Shown one piece after another: positions 13,189 to 26,300 of a stretch of DNA of 64,000 nucleotides (position 1 is the first letter of the stretch; each line of letters starts with the position of its first letter). The stretch lies in the NCBI GenBank assembly GCA_040954595.2, contig CM082595.2, forward strand, positions 4,924,137 to 4,988,136, given 5' to 3'. The notes below the pieces were generated by a model. The model had not been told where the DNA came from and ran no database searches. It saw only the letters and a list, made by a program, of their open reading frames with translations. The position numbers were made by a program, and so were the translations under genes. This DNA comes from Balanoglossus misakiensis (Eukaryota > Animalia > Hemichordata).

Positions 13189-16100
13189 TTATGGTTCAAT
13201 TTCAAATGGCTGAGAGTCATCATCGCCACTGATGATTTTCTGACTCAGCTGATCGATCACTTCATCTGCACTTGCTGGAATATCACAAACGTTATCGAAA
13301 TCAAGATCGAAATTCTGACTGTCAGAATTTGAATTGTCTACTTCTGTCTTTGTTTCAGCATCTTCTTGGACAACTATGTCCAATTTTGGTGCTTTTTCTT
13401 TAGGAGCTGGATCTGCATTCATTTCTGGGGCCTTCTTACGTTTCACACTGAACTTCGGTTTTGAATTCACTTTCTTCGCGGCTTTTTCTTTCTTGGCAGA
13501 AGCAGGCTTCAAAGCACTGGACACAGATGACGTTTGCTTCTCTGGGATGTTGTCGGTGTTTGTTTTCTCAGAGCTTCTGACATCTTCACTGGGAATGGAG
13601 TCGACTGAGGCCTTACCAGCAGTGGTATGATCATCACCTGCAGTGCTGAGTTCGATGGTGAACACATCACTGTCCAAATCACTTTTTTCCAGCATATTAC
13701 ACTCCTGTGGTTTGCTTTTCATTTCATCATCCATCTTACCCACTTTCCCAGGAACTTTAAAGGATGACTTGGATTTCTTGGAACCATTTGCTTTTTCCAT
13801 ACCATCTGCTTTCTTTTTCTTTTTCTGTTTCTTATCTTCACCATTTTCCTTCTTATTCTTACTCTCCAGGCCGCTTTCTTTACCATTCAATGTCTTTTTA
13901 CCAACACCTTCACTGTCAAAGACATTCAATTCCTCATCACCTGGTTTCTTTTTTTCAATTTTGTTTCGTCCTCTCTTACCTTTTGTTTTCTCTCCAGCCT
14001 TGGGTTGACTTTCACTCTTGGCTCCAATCATTCCACTTACTTTCTCAGTAGAGATGACATTATCAGGTTTCTGTTCTTCTACACCAGATTTCTTCAACTT
14101 TCTCTTCCCGGACTTCTCCATGTTTTTGCCCACGTCTTCACTGTTTTCCTTTCCTTTGTTGTTCTTCTTTTTCTTCTTAGGTACTTCCTGAAAGTCTTCG
14201 TCTCCATCTACAATGAGTGGAGAGATTTCATCATCATCAATGATACTTGCAACAAAGACATGGGAGTATCTCATGTATGACAGCTTGAAAATAACATGGA
14301 ATTTTCTATCATGATTGTTGACATGCTTTAAACTCAAGAGTTGTCTATACAGATGCTTAGTATAAAGTCAACTGTAAAATCTCGCCACAGATTCAATGGA
14401 AAGTAGAAATCTGGCCAATCATAGATTTTCACTTGGGGGGGGGGCACCAGATGGCTAGAAGACTTAAATAATTATACACATCCTTTTATCTACCGTACAC
14501 ATAAGCATAGGCCTTTGAACTCGGTTAGAAGAAATTGTCCAAATGATGTCATAGATAACCACTCCAGGGTGAAAAGGGTTAAATGATACCTGAAGAAGTA
14601 TCAAAGAATGATGTACTCTTCTTTCATGCTTCTGCACAAAGACATACAATTCTATGAGAAATATCAGCGGTCCATCTTTACCATAGAAATCAATGGGTAT
14701 AGACCAAACCATGGTGATGAAAATGTCAATCAGAATTATTTCCTTGTATACTTGGGTAAAAAGGACCTTTTTGGAAATTATATTAGAGTGTTGAACTTAC
14801 CATTCACTGATTCTTCCAGTTCATTCAACACAGCTTCCGCTTCATTCAGAACACTCTCTGCATTGCTGAGGATGTTGTGTACAAACATGACTTGGCTGCT
14901 TTCCTTTGAGCCACTGGGGGATTCCCCATTCACACTTTTCTGATCCACTAGGTCTTGGGACTGTGTCTGTGAGCCTACAGTAAGAAGATCACAAATCCTT
15001 GTAATTAAAAAAAAAAACAGTAACTTTTTTTGCTGTGTTTTCTGTATTCTTGTTTTGTGTATCTACTGCAGTTTCTAGTTCAAATCCCAAAACAGAAAGA
15101 AATGCCCAGTATTTAGCTTATCAACACAGTTTTTTTACCGATATGTATAGTCAGCATTGTTATTGTGCAAATCTGAATTCAAGTCAGCACCAGAATTCAT
15201 TTGTAAACACTATCATTAGTAACAATGGCTGTTTAATACACACATACAGGCTATGTTGATATTAGCAGAGTGCTGGGTATAGACCCCGGTATAAGCATAT
15301 AGCCCTAAATTTTGCAATGTCCAATAATGCAGTGCACTCGTCCCATAGGCATAGCGCTACCAATACTACAGAATTATCCTGGGCGTGCTCTCACATACAT
15401 ATTCTCATTATCAGTTAAAAATCAGTAATGAAGCAAAGTTCAATTTAGAATCTAGTTTTGATCAATGTTCTACACAGTAAAGCATTGTTCATAATGACCA
15501 CTGAACTGTACCCATGATAACAATGTGTGAGTATTTGGTTTTTAAAGATTTTTTTAAAACCGAGATACAAAAAAATGTTGAAATGGCAAAAATTTGATGT
15601 CCATGCAGTTCCTATTGAAAAACAGTAAAATGAGGAGTATAATATAATACCTGTGAAGTCTTCTCCCCATGATCCTTTGTATCTCTTACTGAATCCATAC
15701 ACAGATATTCTCTCCTGTAAGCATATAGAAAATCCAACTTATTTTGTATTGAGGGAAAGGTTGGATGAGTATAAAATTATTATGCCCCTAATAACCCATA
15801 TGATGCACACCAGTGACTCAACAAACTCACTGGTGACTCAAGAAAATTATCCACACTACATGCAAAGGTATAGGGCTGACTCAGAGAAATTTGTAGAAAT
15901 CCACAAATTTACTCGAATTTTTTAAAAATCAGTGAAAATCTGTGATTGGGTAGGTCTCATTTTGCCACGGTAATAGTTAATTTGCCATAGGTGACCGTAT
16001 ACCTTTAAAATCAAGGCATTTCAAGTATTGCCAGAATAACTGATATGTGAATACATATTTATGTTACTGTAATACTGCATGTAAAGAGCAGAAAACAGAA

Positions 16101-19100
16101 TGGTTTAATGTTCAAAGTCCCATAAATGCTAATTAATTCATAATAGCGCCATCAACCATTAGACTGGGCTGTACGTTTTTTTTTTTCATACTACATGTAC
16201 CTTGCTAATGCTTGAAATATATTCAACATAGGAGACTATATGATAATAAACTTTCTCAACTTAAGGATTATAATTTATTCAACAAAGCTTACCTTGGGTG
16301 CCATGGTTATTGCTTTCATACATTCTTCTTTGGCCTGCTCCAATTCTCTTTTATAATTTTTTCCTTTCACTTTTGCCTACATGATATAAAAAAGACGAAA
16401 GGCAGATAATCTCATTAAAAGTTGAAGCTCAGGAGAATATGTAGTTAATGGTTACACAGCCAATTGTTGAAATTATCTGTTCTTTGGAACACAGAAATCT
16501 GTCCCTGCGTCTTACAATCATGAAAATACCCTAAATTTATCTGAACAGAACATTCCTTCAAATGCAGAAACTCAGACAATTATGTCAACAAATTTATGAT
16601 TTGATCAGTATACATGAATTTTAACTCCCCCATCCATGCATCATACACATGGAAGCGATGTCAGAAGACATCCTGAATGAGCTGATTCAACAGTCAGTAG
16701 AAAAGTTGAAAAGAAAACTCACAGTTCCAAAATCTCCAATATCTTCCTCTCCTGTGAAGGCTTCCACGTGATCTGCACGGATCCAAGCTCTGGACACTTT
16801 GCTTCCAAAGAACACCACGTGGTACTTAGTCTACAGGGATGAATTTATATTCCTTCATCAGTGGAATTCTAAAGCTAGGTAATCCACGAAAACAGCTGAA
16901 TTAAAATTGCAGTATAAATAGTTCTCACAATGTTTATCAATGGGCAAAGAATACAAATCTTTTGTGTGTGTGTGATTTACGCACAAGTTTTCTGCTTGTA
17001 CAACCAGTGACCTCTCCATTGTCTTTTTTTCAATTTAGTACAACACAGCAGTATAGCAAGCATGAACTGTATCCAAAAGCAAATACTTCTTGCAGTTGAT
17101 TGATTTGTAATTTACAACAAAAGCGGGGAAACCTGGAATTCAGTCACAACAAACAATCATCTGTATAAAACAGACAGAATTTAGGTTCATGCAAGTTAGG
17201 CTGCATTCACAAACACCTCTGGAGGGGGGGGCAGGAGAATTGAGGGGGGGGATTTGAAAAAAATTGAGGGTATGTGAGGGGGGGGGATTTGAAATAATTT
17301 AGGGACTGAAAGGGGGGGACTTGAAAACTTTAATGACTAAATATTTATTTTGAGTCCACAAAAATGCAGTTTCGCGCCCTTTATTTTACAAAATTTTCTC
17401 ATGTGGGAGGGGGACACCCCCTCCCACACCCACCCCCTCCATTCATCAACACCTTTCAATCATTGACTGGTTTATCTAGTGTCCCAGGTCAGGGGACTTG
17501 CCCCACCCCATGATAACTTTGAGCCCCGACGGTTAAATTTGTCCTCCCCAACATACCTGTAGTTGAGTTAATTTGCTTTTGCCGGGTTCATTAAAATGCA
17601 GCTTTGAGCTCTGTATTTTAGAAAATTTTCTTACGTGGGAGGGGGACACCCCCTCCCAAACCCACCCCCTTCAATTTCGGTTTACAAAGTCTCCAAACAC
17701 AGAATACAAATATATGTACTTAAAAAATAAAAACAATGTTCAGTTTTAATACCCACTGATGAGGGGAAACATCAGTTTCAAATTCTTTTCATGGGAGCGC
17801 TGTTTTTCTTTTTACAAGATAGATAGGTGATGTGTTTTGCTCTGTGAAAGACAATGGGGGGGGGGGATTTCAAAATTTTGGCAGTTCGGAAGGGGGGGAT
17901 TTGAAAATATTGGCAGTTCGGAAGGGGGGCATGTGAAAATTAGCGGTAAAAAAAATTGAATTCTCCCGCCCCCCCCCCCCCCCAGAGGTGTTTGTGAATG
18001 CAGCCTTAGCATTAGATATCATCATATCAATCAATTGTCATCACCTTATCATCACAGGTGGACAAAACTTATTAATACAATTAATGGTTTTCAAAACACA
18101 TTTTTTGACAACTGTTCTATGTATAGGCTGGTGTGATTATTAGATAATTGTATAGTGATTGTTTACATGTACATTCATGGTGACCTTTGCATTGTCACAC
18201 CACAGGCACTGGTTTGTAAGACCAGAGGTTAATGGGTGAGTACTGTCATGACAGTGCATGTATACACAGGTCAAAATGCAGTTACAGTTAACAAACAACA
18301 AAAACACCCTTGATAAAACAGTCAAATCAGCCCTGTGATTTTAATGTGTACACGTTCAAGCTGTAGTTTACTTTAATGTACCAATATTCTTAATGTAATT
18401 GTTCAGTATCAGTGGCATTTTCTGGATATTGTCAATTTAAAATGGATTATAAGTCTATACATGCACTTACAGGGTAGCGTGAAACACCATCAGTTTCATA
18501 GAAGCATTCAGTGTCTGGGTCTTCCTCTAGTATCCCTGGCCACCTACAATAAGACACACAAAAAATTGACTGGTTAGCTTTCTACATCTACAGCCATGGT
18601 CAGCAAAGGTGACTGTTCAACTTTCATATTATAATTATGTTATCATAGATTACAATGTTAATTGCAGCATCCCAAAGTAGATGCAGCTTAAATTAATTAT
18701 TGCTCCTTTGCTCACGATATTTGTACTACGTACATCTTACTATTAGTTTGTCAATCTTAAAAGTTGTTCATGGATTTCAGGATAATACTATGTAACTTTT
18801 TACCAGTAAAGAAATTATTAAATTTCATTGACACTAGCACTAACCATGGGAAACCCTGCATTCTAGCCCAGACGAGAGATCCAATGTTGTATCGAGTGAA
18901 GACAAACTCGTGATCATCATCTAATTCTTCAATCTTCTGTTGGGGAATCATACACGAATTGTACTTCTCATCTGCAAAGAGCCAGGAAAGAAAATATGAG
19001 TCCCCTATTTGATTTCTGTATGTGAATTCTCACATAATTGTCGTAATGCAGCATTCTATGACAGGGCACTACTAGTACTACAGAGGAAAGAAACCTAAGT

Positions 19101-21993
19101 GTTTTTAATTTTTTTTAATTTGATTATCTTGATACACACACAAACTTTTTGGAAAGGCAATGAAAATACTTATTAAGTTATAAAAAGCATTATGAACCAA
19201 AATTGAACAATTGTTATAATCAAGATTACACAAATTAGTGATACAATGTACTGGGTACTTCAAAATACTAAGTGTTATTTAAACTTCACTGCGATGTAGC
19301 GGGGTATTCATCATTTCATTGGTTTGTCTGTTCATTTATTTTTACTAGTTTGCCCTCACTTGTTCCAAATATGAACACATCAAAATGTTGATTGCACTTA
19401 TGTGGTCAAGTTTGACCTGACCTGACCCCAAGATTAACACATCAAAAAAACAGTGTTTATTGCACTGATGTGGTCCAACGCGAAGGCTATTTGCTGTAAA
19501 GGTATGATAAACACAACAGCCAAATACCTGTGTTCATGTGACACTCCCAGTTGTCAGGTATCTTGCTAGCATTAGAGGCATCCAACCACTTCCTCCATTT
19601 CAAACAGTATGTGTTTGAACACTGCACCCAGACATCAGTCTCCTCAATCTTTCTCTCGGCAAACTGTTCTCGCCTTGATTTCTTCTTTTTCTTTCCCTGG
19701 CGTTTCTTTATTTTGTCTTCTTTCTTGGAGCTTGCTGCGAAGAAAAGATCAGTGGGCGTGAGAAATGTACTCTAAAGGAAAATTCATACAGTAAACAGTA
19801 AAATTTGATATCCTTATCATTTAATGTAGCATTTAGTATTAATCAAGTTATTTTCAGATCCACTTGCCTGGCTAATACACTAACCTGATCAACAGTCTTT
19901 CTACAGCCAGGCACTAGATAAACACAATACTACCCCAAAACTATTTGCTCATGAGCCCAGGTTAGTGATTTTGCTAACCTTTGGCTAACTTGACTTTGAT
20001 CAATTGAAAGAGGCCAAGTGATGGAAAAGAAGAAAGTGTGCAGTAGTAAATTTTCATTACGCACATTGACATTGCCACATCCCAGCTAGATCGTGAAGTT
20101 GAAAATAAATATACCTTTTGTCTTCTTCTCTTGATGAAAGTCCAATTTTCTGGGAGTTTTCTCACCGTTTATTTTTTTAGGGGCTATTTTCTTCTTGGAG
20201 TCTGTTTTCTTCTTTGTTGAGGATTTTGCGGGTCTCTTTGGAGTGCATTTAGAGTTGTCATCACTCATAGATGGTGTCTGCAGATCTTCAGTACTGTAGA
20301 GATAATTATCAACACATAAAAGTCATGAAAATGGTTTACTAAATATTTCTCTGAGTATTGTTACTACTGTACATCAAATGATCCATTATAATGGTTGGAG
20401 TACCAGTACATTCAATATACAAATTACCAGGCTGTTGTCCAACAAAAATTGTACTCACAAATCATAGTGATCAATCTCTGGTGCAAGATCAAGATTCACT
20501 GGTGCAGCTTCCACTGGTTGGATATTTTCCTCCTCATCACCATTTTCACAGGCATTACCACCAGTATCATCTGCAGCCTTAAAGTTCCCACCATTTTCTA
20601 GTTCATCAGGATGCAGTTGCCCTTGGTCATCAAATTTCTCATCTAAAAAGTTATCTGATACAATGTGAAACAGTTAATGAATCAACATACACTGTATACT
20701 GTTGTTCACTTTTGTGATTATTCCATCTCTCTTTAGAGGTTTACCTGTGTATAGAAAACAATGAATTTGGACAAAACCATGGTGTCTCTCCATCACCCCC
20801 CCCCACCCCCGTCCTCCACACACACACACACACACACACCAGTACCTTCAACTTTTAGCAGGTCTTCAAAGTTATCTTTGATGTCTTCTTTATCATCACC
20901 AGATTCTTTTTCAGTGTTTTCTGAGTTATTCAAAAAGGACAATAAATTATAATATTAAACCATGTGCATTTATGGCTATATATAATATTATTGTTTTAAT
21001 AGAAGGTAAACTGATTCACTTGTCTTAGTCTAAAGAAAGTCCTTACAATGTCTTCATTCATCCTTCTAGCTAGATAAAATATATTCATTGTCTAAAAAAT
21101 GTGATCTAGTAACAACTCTTGTACCTGTTTGAATCTCCATTTTCTTCAAGACTGCACTGAAGATATCTTCATAAGCAGCATCAGTTAAGGTTTGAATTGA
21201 AACCACCTTTTTCTGTTGAGGTATTTGCTCACTCCCCTCTTGTTTCTGTTTTGGTTTCTGCATGTATGAACAAAAAAGAAGAATTCATCACTTTCAAGAA
21301 TGTGTACCAATTCAGACTTTAATTTAAAGCCACTCATTTCATTGTATAATGTCAATTACATAAACCATAACAGTGTAAATTACAAGGACATGTACAAGAA
21401 GTATTCAGAGGAAAATAAAACTTACATGCCCCTTTTTCTTCTTTGTTCTTGTCTCTTCTTTGGTCTTTGAACTCTGCTCCCTTTCACCACAGCCTTTTAT
21501 TTCACTCTCCTGTGACAGGTATCAATGACATGTAAAGACATTTTCATTAGAATACTTCGAAACTTGTGAAAACTTCCTATTGAAGTCATGTTAATAAATA
21601 AATAAATAAATAAATAAGTAAATAAATAAATAAATAAATAAATAATGCATATTTAATTACTATAAACATACCTTAGTCCTCTCAGGCGAAAAACTTTTCC
21701 TTACAGGGGCAGTGAATCCTTTAGACGTCAGTAGCTTTTTCCCTCTGACACCAGAGACATTTTCATCCTCCATTTTCGTTGTTAAATTTTCAGCAACTGT
21801 CTCATTAGACTCTGCAAAAATCAGGGGTTTTTTAAATGGAAAGGGTTTATTAATGGCACGAAAAATTACTTCTTAAATATATATATAAGGTGCACTGATA
21901 TTATTACGGTAGTAAAAGAAAAACCTGGTACTCAGAACAAGCGAAATTACCTGGAACTTTTTCTGTCGGTAAGTTTTCGGACTCTTCTGCCAT
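13189..21993 (-). CDS. ZCWPW1: Zinc finger CW-type and PWWP domain protein (ZCWPW1-like)
   Basis: Phase-consistent minus-strand exons: 21993-21951, 21811-21672, 21509-21426, 21257-21125, 20920-20846, 20744-20691 (least certain), 20654-20459, 20293-20115, 19734-19528, 18971-18845, 18543-18471, 16830-16723, 16376-16293, 15714-15651, 14974-14801, 14207-13189. zf-CW: VWVQCSNTYCLKWRKW...IPDNWECHMNTDEKYNSC. PWWP: GSLVWARMQGFPWWPGILEEDPD...YHVVFFGSKVSRAWI. In-frame stop upstream of the ATG. The long N-terminal extension and position next to MEPCE favour ZCWPW1 over ZCWPW2. Confidence 0.85.
17199..18005. mobile_element. PIF/Harbinger (Tourist-like) MITE in a ZCWPW1 intron
   Basis: TIR GGCTGCATTCACAAACACCTCTGG...CCAGAGGTGTTTGTGAATGCAGCC with TTA target-site duplication on both sides; internal G-tract subrepeats. 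Confidence 0.85.
21593..21645. repeat. (TAAA)n microsatellite
   Basis: Tandem taaa run in a ZCWPW1 intron. Confidence 0.9.
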
Positions 21994-22279
21994 TTGACTT
22001 CAACAGCATCGAATGACTAAAGGATCTGGAGTACGAGACAAGAAAAATATGCTAACTTTCATTTGTGACAAAAACTGCTCCTCCAAAATTAATAACTTTG
22101 GATTTAACTAATACTTGCATGGCTGTAGTAACTGTATGCCCTTTATTTTGCTTGGTTCGACTGGTACAATCTTTGCGCTTCGAAGGTTTAGCATAAATGA
22201 TTTTAGCGCGTAAAAATATCAATTTCTTCATTTGTGATAGAACTCACGCAAGTATCTTTAACGCAAAAACGCAACTTCT

Positions 22280-23307
22280 ATGTTTACCTACTTTCACAAT
22301 CACCGATCACCATCAGTTTCAAAGAACTTTTCCCCAAAAAGTTATCCGTAAGATTTGAGGTGCTCGTCTGAGAAAAATGTAGTCTGCAAGTAATGACGTC
22401 ATCTTTCCTGTCGTCTGCTATGTGTCCTCTATCCAATGATCATTGACAAATCACAACTGATGAAACCTTTCATTACAAAATTTTACTCCCAGAATATTAA
22501 AATGACGAAAAAAGAGAAAACTTCTATGCGATCAATCTGCAAAATAGATCGAAAGGAAATATTATACGAAATCTACAACCCTAAAAACCGATACACTGTA
22601 GTCAAAATTTGTTTATTTGTTGTACTTGACATTTCTCCACTAACGCGCATAAGCGCTGAAGATATATGGACACGTTTGACGCGGATAGGATAGGGGAATA
22701 GTAAACGAAAAGTTATAGCTTTTGATGGGGGTTTTGGCTATGTTCTACATTTATTGAATTCAATGCAATGCATTATGAAATACAATGACATATTCCAGAA
22801 ATATTGGGTAACTTTTGACTGTGTTTTTATTATCGTACACTCTACGTTTTGGATTCGACCATTTTGAATACATAATGAGTCCCAGAGTTCTTTGCTAAGC
22901 TCGACGCAAGCGCTGTGCTAGTCAGTCATAACTTGCACGTCGTCGCGTGCGGAAGGGTCTCCAAACTTTGGCGAATATCGTGAACAAATTTGGTCATATC
23001 CCCTATATATGCCTCGTGAGAGTTCATCTCGATTAATTACGACGGTATTTGGTGGCAAAAGGGAATTATTTCGGCGAAGAAGACCTAAATTTGCTGTAAA
23101 ACAAAGCGGAGCCTTGTGTACAAATGAGGGCATTGCTGGTGGTCGCCTCATGAATTATGCAGTAGTATGCTAATGTCGGAGAGGCCATGCCATGACCCCG
23201 TTCTCTGGACTTGTTGCACTCTTGTTTACATACCGATAATTCCTCTTCATCAGCACGTTCCTCCGTGGTATTGTGGTTTAATGGACAAGGGTTTGACGTA
23301 AGTGAAT
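22280..23307. promoter_or_regulatory. Putative bidirectional promoter and 5' UTRs of ZCWPW1 and MEPCE, with CRE TGACGTCA at 22394-22401
   Basis: Divergent start codons are 1.3 kb apart. Minus-strand acceptor at 22025 and donor-like sites near 22286 imply a non-coding first ZCWPW1 exon. Perfect CRE palindrome. Confidence 0.6.
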
Positions 23308-26300
23308 ATGGCTTCGGATGTTCAACCACCAGCTCCGGAAACCGCAGGTATGTTGATAGCAGCTCGCTTGAGCCCGCACGAAAATGTGGGCTTCTCGTTG
23401 CAGGAAAGCACCCGTACATTCGTGAGGGAGAGTCGTCCGCTCCAGGAAGAGCAGAAAGACATGAACTCGAATGCACATAAGGATAACTCTGCCCCTCTGA
23501 TCAAGTCTCCCCAATTGCCCGTGGTGAGACCTCAAAGAAAGCGCCGGCACAGCAGTAGTTTGCCAGCACCAAGCAATCACAACAGTCCGAAGTTCAGCAG
23601 CCCTCAACATCTGAAGAGGCGGAGAAAGACCACAGCAGGGTCGGTGCAAAGCATGAAGTTTCTGCTGGGCGGAAATATTTCGGACCCTCTTAATCTGAAT
23701 AGTCTTGTTACAGGTGATCCAAACGCACCAGTTGTGTCTCCATACTGCTCGCCCGCGCCTCTGCGGAATAAGGACCCCATTCCAGTTATAATTCCCAAAG
23801 ACATTACAGATCCGTTGAACTTGAACGCTGCAAGTGATGGAGAGGATAATCCTCCTGCCCCTGTCTCCGTCAAAACTCCAAAGAGTGGCGGAAAGAAAAA
23901 GAAGAGACACCGCTCACACCAGAAAAAGGGTGGCGAGCAGCAGAAAAAGGATGGCAGTTCTGACTTTACTAGCGACAGCAGCGAGATTGTTGAGAAAAAT
24001 GAGCAATCTGACAGAGATGTCCCTACCCAGTTGGAATTCAGTCGGCAGAAAGAACGAATTGACAAGATAGTGTCACCAGTGTTAGATGCATTTGATGACA
24101 CTTCACCCCGGGCCAGGCAAAGGAAAAGGAAACAAGAGCCAAGTGCGAAAGTCAGTCGCTCACTGCTCAGGACTGACACGGTGCACACTGAACCACCCAC
24201 ATCTCACACGAAGCAGAAACTTCAGAAACAGACAAGCCGGGAGCAAAAATCACTGCCAAAGTTCCATAACAAAGGGAAAGTTTTCCAGTATGGCAATTAT
24301 AATCAATACTATGGGAAACGGAACCCGGAAAAGGGACTTGTCGATGAGAGATTGAGGTGCTTTCGTCCGGACTGGTTCGAAGGAAAGGATGTTTTGGACA
24401 TCGGATGCAATATTGGACATATTACGATATGCATTGCACGAGACTTTGAACCACGACGCATTGTTGGAATCGACATAGATGGGAACTTAATCAGCATTGC
24501 CAGGAAAAATATCAGACATTATCTGTCCCCGACCAACTCATTCCTTGGGGTGAAGTTCCCCGTGTCGGAGAACAGAGCCCACGGACCGATAGCTGCCCCT
24601 CCCGTGCCACAGAGTGGAACAGACCAACCTTCAAGGTTCCCTAACAATGTTTTATTCAAATGTGTAAGTATGGTCTTCTACATGTAAATAATGCGTTATT
24701 TGAGGTATATGTGATTGTACACGTCATAGGGTTTCGTCTACATGAAAACTTGCAGTTGAGATAATTACAAGATTTACACAATTTTTGTAAGACACCCCTC
24801 TCCCACCCCCACCCCTGCCAAACATTGAAGGGGCTTTCGGCCGACAGCTGGATGGAGTTATTTGTGTATACATGTAGAATCAAATGCTCTCTACATAATA
24901 ATTCCACCCACCCTAAAATCTGCCAAGAAAGATTGGGGGGGGGGAGGCACAATGAAAATTGCGTGTGTGCACTGTGTGTGGTCAATTTCAATTGCTTCTT
25001 CCCACAACTTAAGTTATTTTGCTAAGTTTCTTGTATATATGATGCAAAATAACAGTTGTGTTGTGTATGATAGATTTGTACCAATGCTTCTTGCCCATAC
25101 TTCTCCATCAGATTTGAGATACTAAAAATCCAATAGTGTATTGATTCTGAAATTGTTGGAATAGGTTCCCGACTTTTCGGACAGCCTTGCACTGAGTTGA
25201 TTGAAGTGCACTGTCTTTGGCACGCTGCCAACTTAAGATTTACCAGTATGAGGCAGACTGCCACACATACGTCATTTGTAGTGTTTACATGCATTGTTGT
25301 GAATGTGGCGTACAAACTTGCCATACAACCGTCGCATCTCTACAGTTCAGTAGTACTTTTGCTGCACATAAGTCCGTAAGTAGTGCAATAATACAAACAT
25401 TGCTCTGCTATTTGCAGGTCTTTTGTGGCATAATTTGTTTATTTATAGAAAAGTGTTTGTACGCTTACAAGTAGAGACTGGTGTCCCATTGAAATTATTA
25501 AAATGTGTTAATCTTAATACCCCTCTACACATGTACATCGCTGTAGTCTAAACTCAAATTCATTGTTTTTTACCTTCACTCATTGCGAACGAAACCCTTT
25601 AGAATACATGTTTAGCACTGAATAATCAAAAACTGGTGGCGCAAGGTCACAAAACAACAGTTACTATTCATGTCATGTCATTCTTTCAACTTGATAGTAC
25701 CATGTGTTTTGACTGTCATCAATGATTGTTTTAACATGTGGGCGGGGCTGGGAGAAATCCGTCACAGTCAAAGATTGTGGTATACGTGAATGTTCGTTGA
25801 CGTAAATACACTCAAAACTAGGCCAACTCTTCTGCATAAACAACAGGACTACAGTGGCTGCAAACGATAATGTTTTTTTATCTTTACTCCTGCCCTGATG
25901 CATTTGATTTCATTGTTTGTATTTAGCTTACATGTAGCTCTTTCACTACCATGGTTCAGTCCAAAATACATTGTTTTCTATGACAGGGTAACGGTTGGAC
26001 CAAAAGAGGGGAAAAGGGGGCGGAAGGGTTAGTGCTTGCCAGCAAAGTTTGTAACTGCATACACACATCTTGTGTTGTTATTGACCAAAGCATTTTATAT
26101 AATTTAGTCTGTATTTTCATTCATTTGTCAGTAATTTTGAAACTGACACACATGCAAGACAATTATGTAAACAAGCAAAAACGTCAACATAACAAAAGGA
26201 AGTACATGTACCTAGATGTGTATACCTGATACAGAGCAAAAACTTTGAAAATATTTTCTGTTTATGGCCACTGAGAGACCCTGTAAATAGCTTTACAATA

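Noticed and set aside
14208-14337. 5' part of the 382-aa ORF as coding sequence
   Set aside because: Phase continuity and the pyrimidine-rich acceptor place the last exon start at 14207, so this part is intronic.
21020-21069. Extra ZCWPW1 exon (ARRMNEDIVRTFFRLRQ)
   Set aside because: Its 50-nt length shifts the phase and puts a stop in the next exon.
22400-23300. 7SK or another ncRNA gene beside MEPCE
   Set aside because: No recognisable 7SK motifs or Pol III gene structure by eye. A covariance-model search would be needed.
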